This document shows, piece after piece, positions 11,301-22,280 of a stretch of DNA of 40,500 nucleotides. This DNA is from Octopus bimaculoides (lineage: Eukaryota). Numbering within the stretch: position 1 is the first letter of the stretch; each line of letters opens with the position of its first letter. Under the pieces are notes generated by a model. That model had not been told where the DNA came from and did no database searches. It worked only from the letters and a program-made list of their open reading frames with translations. Both the position numbers and the translations under genes were made by a program. The stretch covers positions 6,799,361-6,839,860 of the forward strand of contig NC_068995.1 in NCBI RefSeq assembly GCF_001194135.2. Reading direction: 5' to 3'.

Positions 11301-13613
11301 CATTAATGACTGTTCACCGATCGGATTGGTTGAAGTGGTTGTCAAAATATTTTGGGGCACAACTTTCAGAATGACATTCTTAGAGTTAGCAATCGACGTT
11401 GCAGGCTGCAAAATAGCTAGTGATCTCCCTGTTGCTGATTTCAGAGTATTCAAACTTGACTGGGCGAGTAATGCAGCCTGAGGAATATTAACTCGGATGT
11501 TTGTTCCCGCAGGAACAGCTTGCCCTATAGTAGTAGACTGCAAGGAAAGGAGATTGTTGTTCTTTGCATTGTCAAAGTTTGAATGCGGAATCATTTGCGG
11601 TGTAACGGTGATTGGTGACTTATTACTCTGAGTGGTGTGAGTGATACTTTTGCGTGCCTGAACAGCAGGCATGACAGTTACTGTAGAAGAGAGTGATGTA
11701 ACGCCAGGGACAGAATTGCTTTTTACTTCGGGCTGCTGAGACTGCACAGAGCTTAGCAAGCAAGTGTTCTTCGCTACATGGGCAGAATCATTGACCGAAG
11801 ATGACAAAGCCGGTAGGAGTTTAACTGTGGCATCGGTAGTACTGAGAGGCTGGTTAATTACAGAAGTCATCTGAGTAGCAGTCACCTGACTTTCAGTGGT
11901 GATCAAAGCATTTTCAAGTACATCCTCATTAACTTTCTTAGCAGCACGACTCTCCAATAAGCTTTTAACTGTCACATTGCAGGCATATTTGCCGGGTGAT
12001 TTCGTTAGTTTCGTCTTTGAAGTTGTGACCAGGTGAGGATCAAGAGCTACAGATTGGCTAAGCAAAGGATTTTGAGATAATGCAGTTTGATTGTCTAAGC
12101 CAATTATCATGTTGGTCAGTTTCGATTCTCTCGGATTAATATTTTGAATTGTGCTGCTACTAGAAGAGACTGCTTTAGATGGGGTGTTATGACTGCTGTA
12201 TGACTGGTCAATGACATTGCCAAGTTTTAATGAAGGACTAGACAAACACTGAGCACTATTCACTGGGGTGTTTGCAATCAGTTTTGTTGTTGCACCAAGG
12301 ATCTGTGAAGCAATGCCTGGCTTAGAAATAACATATACAGGCCCTTGGTGTGTTCTAACAGCAGTTTTTGATTGGTTCTGAGCCAAACTCACAACAGAGG
12401 TCTTTGAAGCAGATGACTGTGAGGCTGGATTTAAAAGTACCTGGAACTGTGGTTGAAGAACTGTATGCATGATATTTGGGTTGTGAGTGACATTGCTGGC
12501 CACTGTGGTTGGAGCAGTGGCTGAAGATGTGGACTGGACAGTCTCTACTGTTGAATTAAGGCTTGTTTTTGTGCTGGAAATAGGTTGGTTGGTAACAAAG
12601 TTTGCCATGAGGTTAACTCTGGTTTTATCAGGCTGAGTAGTAGCGGCAGGCTTCTGTGAAAGGACAACATTATTCGCTTGGTTGACAGATGACAACACAA
12701 ACGTGTGACCAACTTTGCCAGCAGCCCCATCACCAGAATTGACATTCTTCAGAAGTTGCTGTATTATTTGTGGAGGTAAACTTGAAAGATGAGTATAATA
12801 CTGAACTTTGTTTACAGTGCAGCCCTGGGTAGTGCCGCCCTGGGCAGTGCCGCCCTGGGCAGTGCCGCTATTGTTGCTTATGTTTACAGTCTGTTGATTA
12901 AGCTTCTGTCCAGAATCATGACTGATTTTCGTTATAAATTTGGTTCCAGAATTACTGGCCAATGGCTGCATGGTAATTGTCTTTGAAGAAACCGTTTTCA
13001 TGATAGTGACCGGTGTCGATGAGACTTGTGCAGTCGTGTAAGAGGTGTTGTGACGGCTGGACAGCAGCTGGTGAATGACCGGGTAGGAGGTTTGTTTGAT
13101 TCCCGACGACTTGCCAAGTGCCGCAACTGTTGTCAATACTGTGTTGCCCTCCGATCCACTGACATTTACCCCTGTTTGAGTAATCAATCCAGCCACACTA
13201 ACCTTACTGATAGTAGCAGCAGTGGCAACGGAAATACTACTACTATTTGTTACGGATGTTGTAGTGGACTGATCTACGCTCTTCACCCCTTTTGCAGAGT
13301 TTGGGGTTTTCTTACCGCGCATCAAGTCAGAACTGTTATCTTTGGAAAGTCTTCTTTTCTTTGGGTTTAAATCAGTCTCGATATTGTTTGGGATGATTCT
13401 ACGTTTGCGCAATCGTCCTCTTGAACTTACATCAGGATAATCATCATCGATGATTGGCAACAATGAGGTGGATGATGACAAAAGGGTTCCTCTGTTTCTC
13501 TTGCTTAATGTCGAGGGCCTCAATTTGGAACTTGGTGTTGAGTTGGTTTGAGTTCTCTCACTGAATGTGCTTTTACCAGCTGAAGAATTGCTGCCATGAG
13601 ATGAACGAGAATT
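8319..13613 (-). CDS. KIAA2026: KIAA2026 terminal coding exon, 5295 nt, S/T/Q/N/V-rich low-complexity tail
   Basis: Acceptor tttttcttttctag|AAT at 13613 is in frame with the 1734-aa ORF 8319..13523; the TAA stop is at 8319-8321. Confidence 0.92.
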   Translation of the reverse strand, partial: NSRSSHGSNSSAGKSTFSERTQTNSTPSSKLRPSTLSKRNRGTLLSSSTSLLPIIDDDYPDVSSRGRLRKRRIIPNNIETDLNPKKRRLSKDNSSDLMRGKKTPNSAKGVKSVDQSTTTSVTNSSSISVATAATISKVSVAGLITQTGVNVSGSEGNTVLTTVAALGKSSGIKQTSYPVIHQLLSSRHNTSYTTAQVSSTPVTIMKTVSSKTITMQPLASNSGTKFITKISHDSGQKLNQQTVNISNNSGTAQGGTAQGGTTQGCTVNKVQYYTHLSSLPPQIIQQLLKNVNSGDGAAGKVGHTFVLSSVNQANNVVLSQKPAATTQPDKTRVNLMANFVTNQPISSTKTSLNSTVETVQSTSSATAPTTVASNVTHNPNIMHTVLQPQFQVLLNPASQSSASKTSVVSLAQNQSKTAVRTHQGPVYVISKPGIASQILGATTKLIANTPVNSAQCLSSPSLKLGNVIDQSYSSHNTPSKAVSSSSSTIQNINPRESKLTNMIIGLDNQTALSQNPLLSQSVALDPHLVTTSKTKLTKSPGKYACNVTVKSLLESRAAKKVNEDVLENALITTESQVTATQMTSVINQPLSTTDATVKLLPALSSSVNDSAHVAKNTCLLSSVQSQQPEVKSNSVPGVTSLSSTVTVMPAVQARKSITHTTQSNKSPITVTPQMIPHSNFDNAKNNNLLSLQSTTIGQAVPAGTNIRVNIPQAALLAQSSLNTLKSATGRSLAILQPATSIANSKNVILKVVPQNILTTTSTNPIGEQSLMAVTNMQTSPLQQTTNLVSSRTLSQSDLKQFAALPQQILTTANPAIPKSVVDQKLADAAKVVCKQPVANVVSGKANPAPVLNVGLQNAAVGVPLSMQGPGGQSILLLSPKDQNLQQQKAIGVIPVQSEQNATEIVKKFTSVQQISSLSTPAIQIIPSQSTNSAVTNLTSLRGQLLQTTQGNIILTTPTISSGSSHPGTISHLLQSSLGKQTVILSGSNNDGQPASYTAATTPNTATTISLPEKSSLRNSLPNVQAVQLKSDSGSNTIPLTLSSNVLRLDGATVAQPHFTTASAGNNLITFGLSPVGLPTNLITNSVGTQLLNDPSSLTTNTSLSSSSSSASSLPTISSSLLTSSSSTSLQQLQLQSQSPQLVSSTLNPQLVSGQQATLAIPTGIRPTLSNPSKLPAASSKPDGFPSAVSPVSDLSRAVQQRPQLVQNVSFVSSNANQLLTTVKNAQVQNIVPAVSRALTNTTRTTDLNNTNNNNNNNNINNSSSSLTSNVLGVTQVTLPTTVPSLGTSTSMVTDISKLSPQVVTNYMRPNSIQTAKTVAQTPVKNRHVILQQKLSSPPTLQQAQKSVVSPQIQQKQTSFVSNQQPQTSNLSNNLLNVNRTSSCSAVGVQQLVLYSIGGQLVTPQGIPVTLENGVLKILTAPPAAATAATATPTVATAAVTSNQIMLVQSPNPSVIGSPTTQAQLRCSTPVANALSKVLKPSQPLPSAAQSFLLSPTSNISPTNSIASSSLSMPTQLTYAVPAQAILPTGTDIHGQYLPKLNSNTTTVVAATTTTTAPPAAITTTTTTTSSNTNNNSNNNALTSITFTPTLTSSLPSMISNPCKIPPSSALIPISDSVSGAKLSAASPNLTDMYLNKISLPVSSDTKSGNTMVIMAANPLQSGGLKATKHSISAQSSCSSSNGQALTAPVQVGNLVSLNSLGRLHFTTTNTLTSPNSKSKGQSGEKEDSSFEGAAILLSLAQQAPTAGQTAAAAAVSFNPQTTNS

Positions 13614-14044
13614 CTAGAAAAGAAAAAAATATAGAAAATCAAATAAAGTAATAATTTCTACAATATGTTTTTTTTCCTATTTTATAGTCACTAAATCTTT
13701 CAACATCCATAACAATGTTTAATAAGAATCCAGAAGCATTAAGAAAAATTCTCCCTGGCTCTGAAAGGTGATGTTTCAGTTACCCCACATAGTCCATCAT
13801 CATTATCATCATCTAAGACCCACTTTTTCCATATTGGTATGTAGATCAGGCCATCAGGGTTCCAGGCTGGGACCATATTATACTCATACATTCCATGTCT
13901 CTACAGTCTCTATGGCAGGATACTCTTCCTGTCTCCAACCAGTTTTACACAGCATTTCATTACCTACATATGCCTATATGCCTTCCAGGATTATAGCCCA
14001 AGGCCAATACACAAAATGCGTATGAAGTACCAATTCTTTGGTCC

Positions 14045-14077
<33 letters not shown>

Positions 14078-14131
14078 TCTTCCAGTCTTGAAGAAATTGG
14101 ACATGGCAAGGTACAGAGAGGGATGGGCTCT

Positions 14132-14356
14132 TTAACCCTTTAGCATTCAGATTACTCTGTCAAACGTATTGTTTTTATATTCAAATTGTTTTGAACTAAT
14201 GATGCATTATCTCATAGCTTCCTCGGTTTCAATTATGCAATTGGTTATTTTTAGAATGTCAGAGTAGGTTAGGTGTGAGAGGCTAGATCTGGCCAGCTTG
14301 AATAGAAAACATGTAGAATATTTGGGCCAGATATGACCAGTTTAAATGCTAAGGTG
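14132..14356. mobile_element. TTAA-flanked piggyBac-like MITE, family 1
   Basis: Starts TTAA-CCCTTTAGCATT and ends aatgctaagg; homologous to 29594-29814, 29811-30040, about 25091-25300 and 30440-30566. Confidence 0.65.
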
Positions 14357-14501
14357 TGATTTCAAGAGATTTTAGTAGGGCCTGGAACCTACAGAACCTC
14401 TCATGAGTTAAATAGATTGGAGAACATAACAACAAAACCAAACCAACTTCAGAAGGAAATAAAGAATACAAAGTAAAAAGACAAAAAAAAAAAAAACTAA
14501 C

Positions 14502-14687
14502 CCTTAATTCTTTACGAGCTGGACGAACTTGTTCTTCTTTGAAAGATTCTTGCTCTCGTTTCATTTTCCTTCGTGCTCGCCGGTTGGCCTGGATGAGTTT
14601 CGCTTCCCAAGGTTCCAGTTCTTTGAGCAGGTAATTAAGACGAGAGTGCAGCTCAATGACACATCGTTTACGAGCAGGAGGTTTCAC
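14502..14687 (-). CDS. KIAA2026: KIAA2026 coding exon (VKPPARKRCVIELHSRLNYLLKELEPWEAKL...ELR)
   Basis: ttttgttacag|GTG ... AGG|gttagt; 186 nt, phase 0 to 0. Confidence 0.9.
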
Positions 14688-15207
14688 CTGTAACAAAAAG
14701 TTTATAGAATGAGGAAGCGACAAATCTATTCCTAGATATATCATATTCTGCCAGACATTTTAGCTTTTTCACATCTCAATTTTTCAAAAACTAATTCTAT
14801 GACACAACCTATGATGAGGCTGACATATCTGTATAGCTAAATTAAAGAAATGACCATCTAGCTGCTAAATCCTAATGCCTCCCAGTGGGCCATTCTCATG
14901 AAAATTAAACCAAAACTGTCTTTTGGAAATTTCTAGAATGCCCAGAAAAATCGCTGTATACTTGTAAAGGTATATCGAAATGGTTCGTTTTCAACTACAT
15001 ATCAGCACCTCCTCCTTCAACACAATCCCACCTCCTCCTTCCATGCAATGCCACCTCCGCCTTCCATGCAATTCCACCTCTGCCTTGCACGTAATTCTAC
15101 CTCCTCCTTCCACACAATTCCATCTCCTCCTTCCACAATTTCTCCCCAACAGGCACACATCTGTCATACAAATATAAACAGAAACAACGAACTGCAGTGA
15201 GACTTAC

Positions 15208-15324
15208 TTTCTGTTTCCTGCCTCTGGAGCCAGATGAGGAATCTTGGGCTGCAAATTTGGCAACAAGATCCCTCAGTTCTTCCACACTATCCACAATCAG
15301 TTCAAACTCGTTTGTATCAGGTAC
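15208..15324 (-). CDS. KIAA2026: KIAA2026 coding exon, WHIM3-like (VPDTNEFELIVDSVEELRDLVAKF...)
   Basis: tgttgctccctag|GTA ... AAA|gtaagt; 117 nt, phase 0 to 0. Confidence 0.9.
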
Positions 15325-16819
15325 CTAGGGAGCAACAAAAGTTCTCTTAACTTGTCAAAATATTCATTAAAAAAGTATTGAAATATAATGACAGGAAATA
15401 ATAATAATAATAATAAAGCCAATACACACAGATAGAGAAATTAAGGTTAATGCTTTGCAGCATTTTGTTTGGCATGGTAACAATCCTGCCAGTTCACCAT
15501 GTTAAATTTCAATAAAATTATAATCTACATCATTTAAAAGGAATTTGTTGATAATTTCATAAAAAAAAAAGAAAATCACATTTTTCTGAAAATTATGATC
15601 AAACAAGATCAAGATGTGAATTATCCCAAACTTCTATCACCCAACTTTCAAAAACAAAAAAAAAAAAGCAAATTCCAATATAATCATATTCTACATTCTC
15701 TGAAATGCATTTATCGAAAATTTCCTTAAAAATATAATTTTTCATAAAGTTAGGAAGAAACAAAGATGAAGTCAAGGGAGACAATTCTGTAGTTATGTCT
15801 CCAAGTTTTATTTAATGAGTAAATGGGTGGCAATGACGAATAAGGGACACAACAGATCCAAAATATTACACAAATCGGGAATCAAACTGTGTAAATATCA
15901 GTTAGCTGAATGATGCTTAGGGATTAACAGAAAACCACCTGCAAGGTGGCCTTTCTGCTTGTCTTAGAAAATGGAAGAAGACATTTAACAATACTGATCT
16001 ATGCAGAAAATATGGGATGGTCATGGAAAGAACCCTTTGTGTGTGTGTGAGTGAGTGTGTATATATATATATTATGTGTCAGTTGGATTGGTGTCCTTGT
16101 CTTGATTGTTGCTTTCACTATGTTTCAGTTGTGTATGCTTCAGCTTTAAAAATCCACTCTGACACAGCCTACGGGTATAGCATAGTGGATAAAGGGTACT
16201 AGTTAATGTGGCGCAGTCACTTAGAGGTTCTGAGTTCAATGCCAAGTAAGGAACTAAGGTGAATCACAAGACACCTGAGCATACTACAGCCAAAATGAAG
16301 TGAAAGCAACAATCAAGACGATGGCACCACTCCAACAAATACACAATATAAAATTCCTCATCTCAGATATACAGAATTGTGTGTGTGCACGTGTGTGTGT
16401 ATTGTCATCGTCATCATCATTTAATGTCCGTTCTCCATGCAGACATGAGTTGGATGGTTTGACGGGGACTGCTCAGCTGAAAGCTTGTTCAGGCTCCATG
16501 TCTGTCTTTTGGCATGGTTTCTATGGCTGGATGCCCTTTGTGCTACACTAAAAGCTGTGCATGGCACCAAAATTTTCGAACTAAGTCAAATGTAACAAAC
16601 TATTCCAAACCATAGTTAACGTATCTGGGCATAAGTGGGGTCAAGACCGGCAAGTTTGTACTGGCATCAAGTCTTCTAATAGACGCATTTCCTATTATAT
16701 ATAACACAAACCTGAAACAAACATATTAAATGACTTCAAAATATCACCATTACAACTGTGTGTGTGTACACACACAGGGATATAGTGTAGAAGCAACAAA
16801 GGAAATTACAAATACCTAC

Positions 16820-17641
16820 CAGTTCAACATCCGATTCCTCTTCACTCTCTTCTTTCACACTGCTATCAATATCACCATTGAGTTTATCTTGTGCAACTTT
16901 CGTTTTCACATGCGGTTTCTTAAAGTCCATTTTACTTCGGCCTTTCAAACCGAAAGGCTTCGGGCCCCTTTTCCCCTTTAACTTCTCCGGCCTCTGTTTA
17001 AAAGCCACCTTGTTATACAATGGTTCTTGTTTAATAAAAGACACTGACTTGATTCTCTGATCGTCCTCTTCTTGACCACAAAAATTACCCATCACTGGTT
17101 TACATTCACTCTTTACCTCTGCAGCACAACACATCACACCACTTTGACAATCATGAGAACCAGATTCTTGCTTAACCATTCCATTGCTAAGTTTATAATC
17201 TGACAAAGCTGTGTTACTTTCAGATTGTTCTTCATGTTTACAATGGCAGCTGTTTGAAGAAGAATCTCCTTCAGATTCTACCTTACAGTGGTTAGAATCT
17301 GCCAGGCATTTACAGTCTATCTTACTTTCACACTTTATTTTGCATTGGTCAGTTAAAACTGAAGCACCATTGGATAGTCTGTCTTTAGTGTTAAATTTCA
17401 AATTGTTCAGATGTTTGAGGTACGTAGGCATTCGGTAGGCGCCGTTTTTGCGATAATTTGAAAGATAGTTTATAGGAGAACCCCAGGGATCTAAAAAACA
17501 ATTCCTTGACCAGTCAAGAGTACGCCTTTTCTTTCGCCCTCTACGCAAAGGGGCACCAAGTTTATGGAGAGATTCAAAGCTGTAATCAGAGTCTTCTTCT
17601 TCACTGGAGATTACTGTTGGCGGCAGAACAGTTTTGATTTT
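16820..17641 (-). CDS. KIAA2026: KIAA2026 coding exon (KIKTVLPP...EEESDVEL)
   Basis: ctttgtctttgacag|AAA ... CTG|gtaggt; 822 nt, phase 0 to 0; contains most of ORF 16736..17548. Confidence 0.85.
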
Positions 17642-18612
17642 CTGTCAAAGACAAAGAAATACGAGGTTAATAGATTTCAAAGATGGAGACACGAAATTGT
17701 TGGCTCGGCTGGAATTACATCACAGAATGTAGAGAAACAAAAGGAGATAGTATATGAGGCTTTATTATTTCTGCAGCTTTCATAAAAAAAAATTTCGAAC
17801 AAAGACACAATTAGTGGGATAGTAATGTCCATTAGAATGACCACCTCTCACCACCACCACCACCACCCTTCCTACACTACCTTATCCACATGAGGAGGAT
17901 GACAGGCAAGGATGACTTCGGCAGGAGAAAACAACCAGGAAAATAAGAAATATAGTTGGACAGTAGAGTGGCAGAAACAAGGGAGTGTCAGTTAAGCTGC
18001 TTTGAAGTAATTAGTTATGTAACTTGATGGCATCAGTCCAATTGCCAGCATGGAATACAGACATTAAATGACAATGATGTTCCATGCTGGTGTAGGTTGG
18101 ACAGCAAGACAGGATCTGATGGGTCTAAGGACTGCATTATCCTCCAGTGTCTACTTCAACATGGTTTCTATGAATGGATGCCCTTCCTCATACCAACCCC
18201 TTTACAGCATACAGACTGGGTGGTTTTCATTTGTGCCACCATCACCGGTGAGGTCACCATGCAGCTTGCATGACTACAAACCTACAAGAGAGGCAGTTTT
18301 ATGCTAGGAAATGATGGGGGAAGAGGGGGTTAAAGTATGAAAGAAGTGGGGCCCAGAGCAGAACAGATCTCTTGTTGTAGAGGAGCTACATTACAGGCAT
18401 TTTAGAAGAGAAGGAGGTGATAAAAGGGGTGAAGCTGGGAAGGGATGAAAATATTGTCGATGAGGTGTCAGGGTGGACCCTCAAGGAACAAGGTAAGTGA
18501 AGACAGTACTGGGAGTGTGGCTGAGTAGAAGCTGCAAGAATGTATGGGAGAGTGAGAGATGGGGAATGGGTGAGGGAGTGAATATAATGAATGATGAACA
18601 AGTATTCACACA

Positions 18613-18695
<83 letters not shown>
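18613..18695. repeat. (CA)n microsatellite
   Basis: Direct reading. Confidence 0.98.
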
Positions 18696-18699
<4 letters not shown>

Positions 18700-18944
18700 G
18701 CTACTTTCAGTTTCTATCTATCCAATTCACTCGCAAGGCTCTGGTTGGCCAAACCCAACGCCATACAGTTCGAAAGCAAATGCTTGAAGCACACAGCCAT
18801 GCTAGCCCCTTTTTTATGTAGATGTTAAATATTCAACAAGTCAACCATGGCAGGATTTGAACTCGGAATGTAAAGAGAAGCAACAAAACACTGCAAGGTG
18901 CTTAGTCCCAGTTTCTGCTTCAACCGGCCACTCTCTTTGAGCAT

Positions 18945-19245
18945 CATCATCATCATCATCGTCGTTTAACGTCCGCTTTCCATGCTAGCATGGCTTGGTC
19001 GATTTGACTGAGGACTGGTGAAACCAGATGGCTACACCAGGCTTCAATGTGATTTGGCAGAGTTTCTACAGCTGGATGCCCTTCCTAATGCCAACCACTC
19101 CGAGAGTGTAGTAGGTGCTTTTACGTGCCACCGGCACAAAGGCCAATCAGGCGGTACTGGCAACGGCCACGCTCAAAATGGTGTATTTTATGTGCCACCT
19201 GCACAGGAGCCAGTTCGGCGGCACTGGCAACGATCTCGCTCGAAT
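18945..19245 (-). mobile_element. (GAT)n-tailed retroposon (RTE-tail-related SINE or short LINE remnant), young copy
   Basis: (cat)n tail then aacgtccgctttccatgctagcatgg; very similar copy at 27826-28105. Confidence 0.8.
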
Positions 19246-19556
19246 GTCTTTACACGTGCAAGGAAGGCGATGCTGGGCACAGGTGCCATTGACGGTTTCG
19301 CAATACTAATAAAAATCAAATGGTAGGTTGTTGCCTAGTCCAAGATCAACCCTCATTGAGCAAACCTGTGATATAGGAGAGCAAAACAGTAGGGTGTAAT
19401 TTCAGGCAGATTAGGCTTTTATTTCTAGCGAGTTCAGCGACTACATAGTGGATCCATAATCACAAAGACACCTGCGTAGAGCCACAGGTGAGAGATCATG
19501 TAATTCTATGTAATCACAAAGATAGAAGGGGATAAACACAAATTTACATCACTTAC

Positions 19557-19682
19557 TTGTCTCAATCTACTTGGACGTGACGAAGGAGGGGATATGATTT
19601 CTGTGGAAACTTGAGCCTTATTACGTTTCTTTTTTTGGGGACGAGATTTTAAATTGCTGTCATCATCTTCCTCAAAAGCTGT
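19557..19682 (-). CDS. KIAA2026: KIAA2026 coding exon (TAFEEDDDSNLKSRPQKKKRNK...RLRQ)
   Basis: ttttccacttatag|ACA ... CAA|gtaagt; 126 nt, open, phase 0 to 0. No sequence similarity recognised; the call rests on splice signals and frame. Confidence 0.75.
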
Positions 19683-20424
19683 CTATAAGTGGAAAAAAAA
19701 AAACACAAAAGAAAACAACAGTAAGAAAATGAATAAAAATCCTTGTATAATCACAAAAGAGAAACCACAAATACTAACTTATAGCAACAAAAACAAAAAA
19801 ACACTATGGCTGTGAGGTGACAAACCTTAAGCTACGACTAATCACATCTTTCACTTCAAACCTTATCATTACACATTGTGTTGTGGCAGAAAACATAACT
19901 CGTTTCTACTCTTACTCCAGGTCAAGGGTAACCTAGAGCTATATGCTGGATAGCAACACCACACACAACATTGTAACCTTTGTGTCATGGTGTGTGCAAA
20001 ACTGCATCTATACATCACACCATTATTTCGGAATGGAGCCAAGTTTTAGCCTAAACAAGGAACAAATCATGTCAGCAATCCAAAAGAACACCTATTAACC
20101 ACACGTAATGTGTCCCCAAAAGAGCTGACCAGGACTATTTAACTGAAACAGCAGTCAAACTGCCCTCAACATCTGTATTAATCCTTTAATATTTAAACTA
20201 GCCTATTTACACCCAAATATTCTACCTGTCTTATGTTCAAACTGACCACACCTATCCAACAATGTCACTCTAACTGGGATATCCTTGTATCTCTTCTACA
20301 GTAAGACGCCTATTTCTATCCCTCTATCATTCTTTTAACCTCTCATCAACCAGCACAAAGTCACCTCCCTAAATACATCTCCCTCACCACCAGTCAAAGG
20401 GACTTTGTCTTGCCTTACAAATTA

Positions 20425-21065
20425 CTTGGTGACCCCACCAATGTTGGTGCCATGGAAAAAGCATCCAATACACTATGTAAATTGGTTGATGTTAGGAAGA
20501 GCATCCAGCGATAGAAGCTCCAATGGCTGGCAACTGGTTTGGTAAACACCCACAAAATTATCAACCACCGTGCCAACAACCACCATTGAGCACCTTTTTG
20601 AGCCCCATGTGTCTAACACATGTAGGCATGCCTACAAAGTCAGCAAACAGCACAGCTCCCATGACTTTTGGAAACTTTTTTTCACACTCAGAGTTGCTGA
20701 AGCATGGAACAGACTACCTGCATCAGTTGTTAGTTGCCGAGACATTGCATCCTTTAAAACATTCATGCTTCCTGAAATTCGCCAACACTACACTTGATAT
20801 CCCCACCTCTATACACATGCACACATGTATATCATGACTCACACACTGTTCACTTTCCTGGCTTTTGCACATAATTCTATGCACCGTACATGCACCTTTG
20901 ATGAGTTGCAGTGCACCTGAGCACCATACACAATAATTCCATTATTATTATTATTAAACTATGCCAAAACAGACAATAGAACTTGGCATAGCCCTCTGGC
21001 TTGCCAGCTCCTATCAAACCATCCAACCTATGCCAGCATGGAGAATGGACATAAAATGATGATGA
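20425..21065 (+). mobile_element. (GAT)n-tailed retroposon interrupted by a CR1-type LINE fragment
   Basis: The 5' part ends at ...catccagcgatagaag (about 20518) and resumes at aaactatgccaaa (about 20956), with the gatgatgat tail at about 21057-21066. Confidence 0.65.
20520..20955 (+). mobile_element. 3' end of a CR1/L2-clade LINE with (ATT)n tail
   Basis: ORF 20570..20797 reads CRHAYKVSKQ...FFTLRVAEAWNRLPASVV...SFK, the typical CR1 ORF2 C-terminus (RGH..KL....FF..RV...WN.LP..VV....FK). Confidence 0.8.
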
Positions 21066-21619
21066 TAATCATCATCATCATCACATCAAAAAAACCATCA
21101 TATTCTCAGAGCTACAAGAGAATGCATGATTAATTCAAAACAATGTGAATAAATGAGCATTAGATTAGATTAATCTGAATTCACAGAGGGTTACAGAGAA
21201 GTGGAGACATTTGTGTCTCCCAAAATGTAGTCCTCCATTATACCTGAAGCAAAGATAGGATGGTCATGGCAGAAATATCTTTGATTATAAATTTTCTCTA
21301 CCAAGGTTGACCTAGGGTTAAACAATCACATCGTCATTCAAATCATTTATTCTTTCGTCAGACCTTTTTTTGTCCATTTGCTTAGATTCCTTAACTCTTT
21401 ATTTTCTTTTAACTATCAGGATTAAGGCCATGCAACAGCACCACCTACAGATGGGATGACCTTTTTTCTCCTTTTTTTGAATTTTCAACTCTAAAAAATC
21501 ACTGCTAGCTGTTCTTCTTACAACCAACCCCCAACTCATAAACTAAGGTTTGTGAAACCGTTTGCCAGCCAGGTGGACTGCAGTAAGCAAATTTATATTT
21601 TCATAGATGATACATATTA

Positions 21620-21686
21620 ATGGCAGCAGTAGCAGCAGCAGCAGCAGTAGTAATAGTAGCAGCAATAGAATTATTATTATTATTAT

Positions 21687-21724
<38 letters not shown>

Positions 21725-21838
21725 ACATAGTTGTGGTGGTGGACATGGCTGTAGAAGAGTGGTGGTGGCAGTCAGGGTAGTAGCAGAGGTAGAAGTAGTA
21801 GGAAGAGGAGTGGTGGTAGTGGTAGAGGCAGCAGCAGC

Positions 21839-21870
<32 letters not shown>

Positions 21871-21930
21871 CAGAGGCAGTAGTAGTGGTGGTGGCAGCAA
21901 TGGTAGTAGAAGTAGTAGTAGAAGAAGAAG
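21620..21930. repeat. Compound trinucleotide repeat (TAG/CAG/TGG/TTA)n
   Basis: Direct reading; explains the spurious homopolymeric ORFs here. Confidence 0.95.
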
Positions 21931-22037
21931 AAAGTGTAAATGATAGCCAAGAAGCAGGAGTCAACATATCATGAAGCAAACAAAAATGAAGAAAAAAAAG
22001 AACAACAAGCAAATAAAAAATAAAAAGAATAATTTAC

Positions 22038-22280
22038 TTCGTCTTTGTTTTTCTCCTTCAGCGAATCCATTTCCTCTGGTGGCTCCTGGGTTGATGTGTC
22101 GTCGTCATTTTGAGGAAACTGGTTCGGATGTGGTATGTGTTTGTAGACCCGTAAGTCGGCACCACAAAATTGTGGGAAATGAATGTATATGTTACCCTCG
22201 GCATCGCGGCCAAGGTTATATTCCCTTTGTTCTTCTGGAGCTTGCAGTTCTATTGCCTCACGCAGAGGTTCTTGGTGTTC
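22038..22280 (-). CDS. KIAA2026: KIAA2026 coding exon, WHIM2-like (LGRDAEGNIYIHFPQFCGADLRVYK)
   Basis: ttgttttgccag|GAA ... GAA|gtaaat; 243 nt, phase 0 to 0. Confidence 0.92.

Noticed and set aside
8313-13370. Plus-strand ORFs overlapping the large exon (8313..8687, 8602..9048, 11257..11481, 13026..13370 and others)
   Set aside because: Antisense shadows of the low-complexity coding strand.
19018-19326. Near-identical ORFs at 19018 and 27884 suggesting a duplicated small gene
   Set aside because: Both lie within copies of the same retroposon, read antisense to it.
21543-22012. Poly-Y/L/T/V ORFs
   Set aside because: Translation of compound trinucleotide microsatellites.
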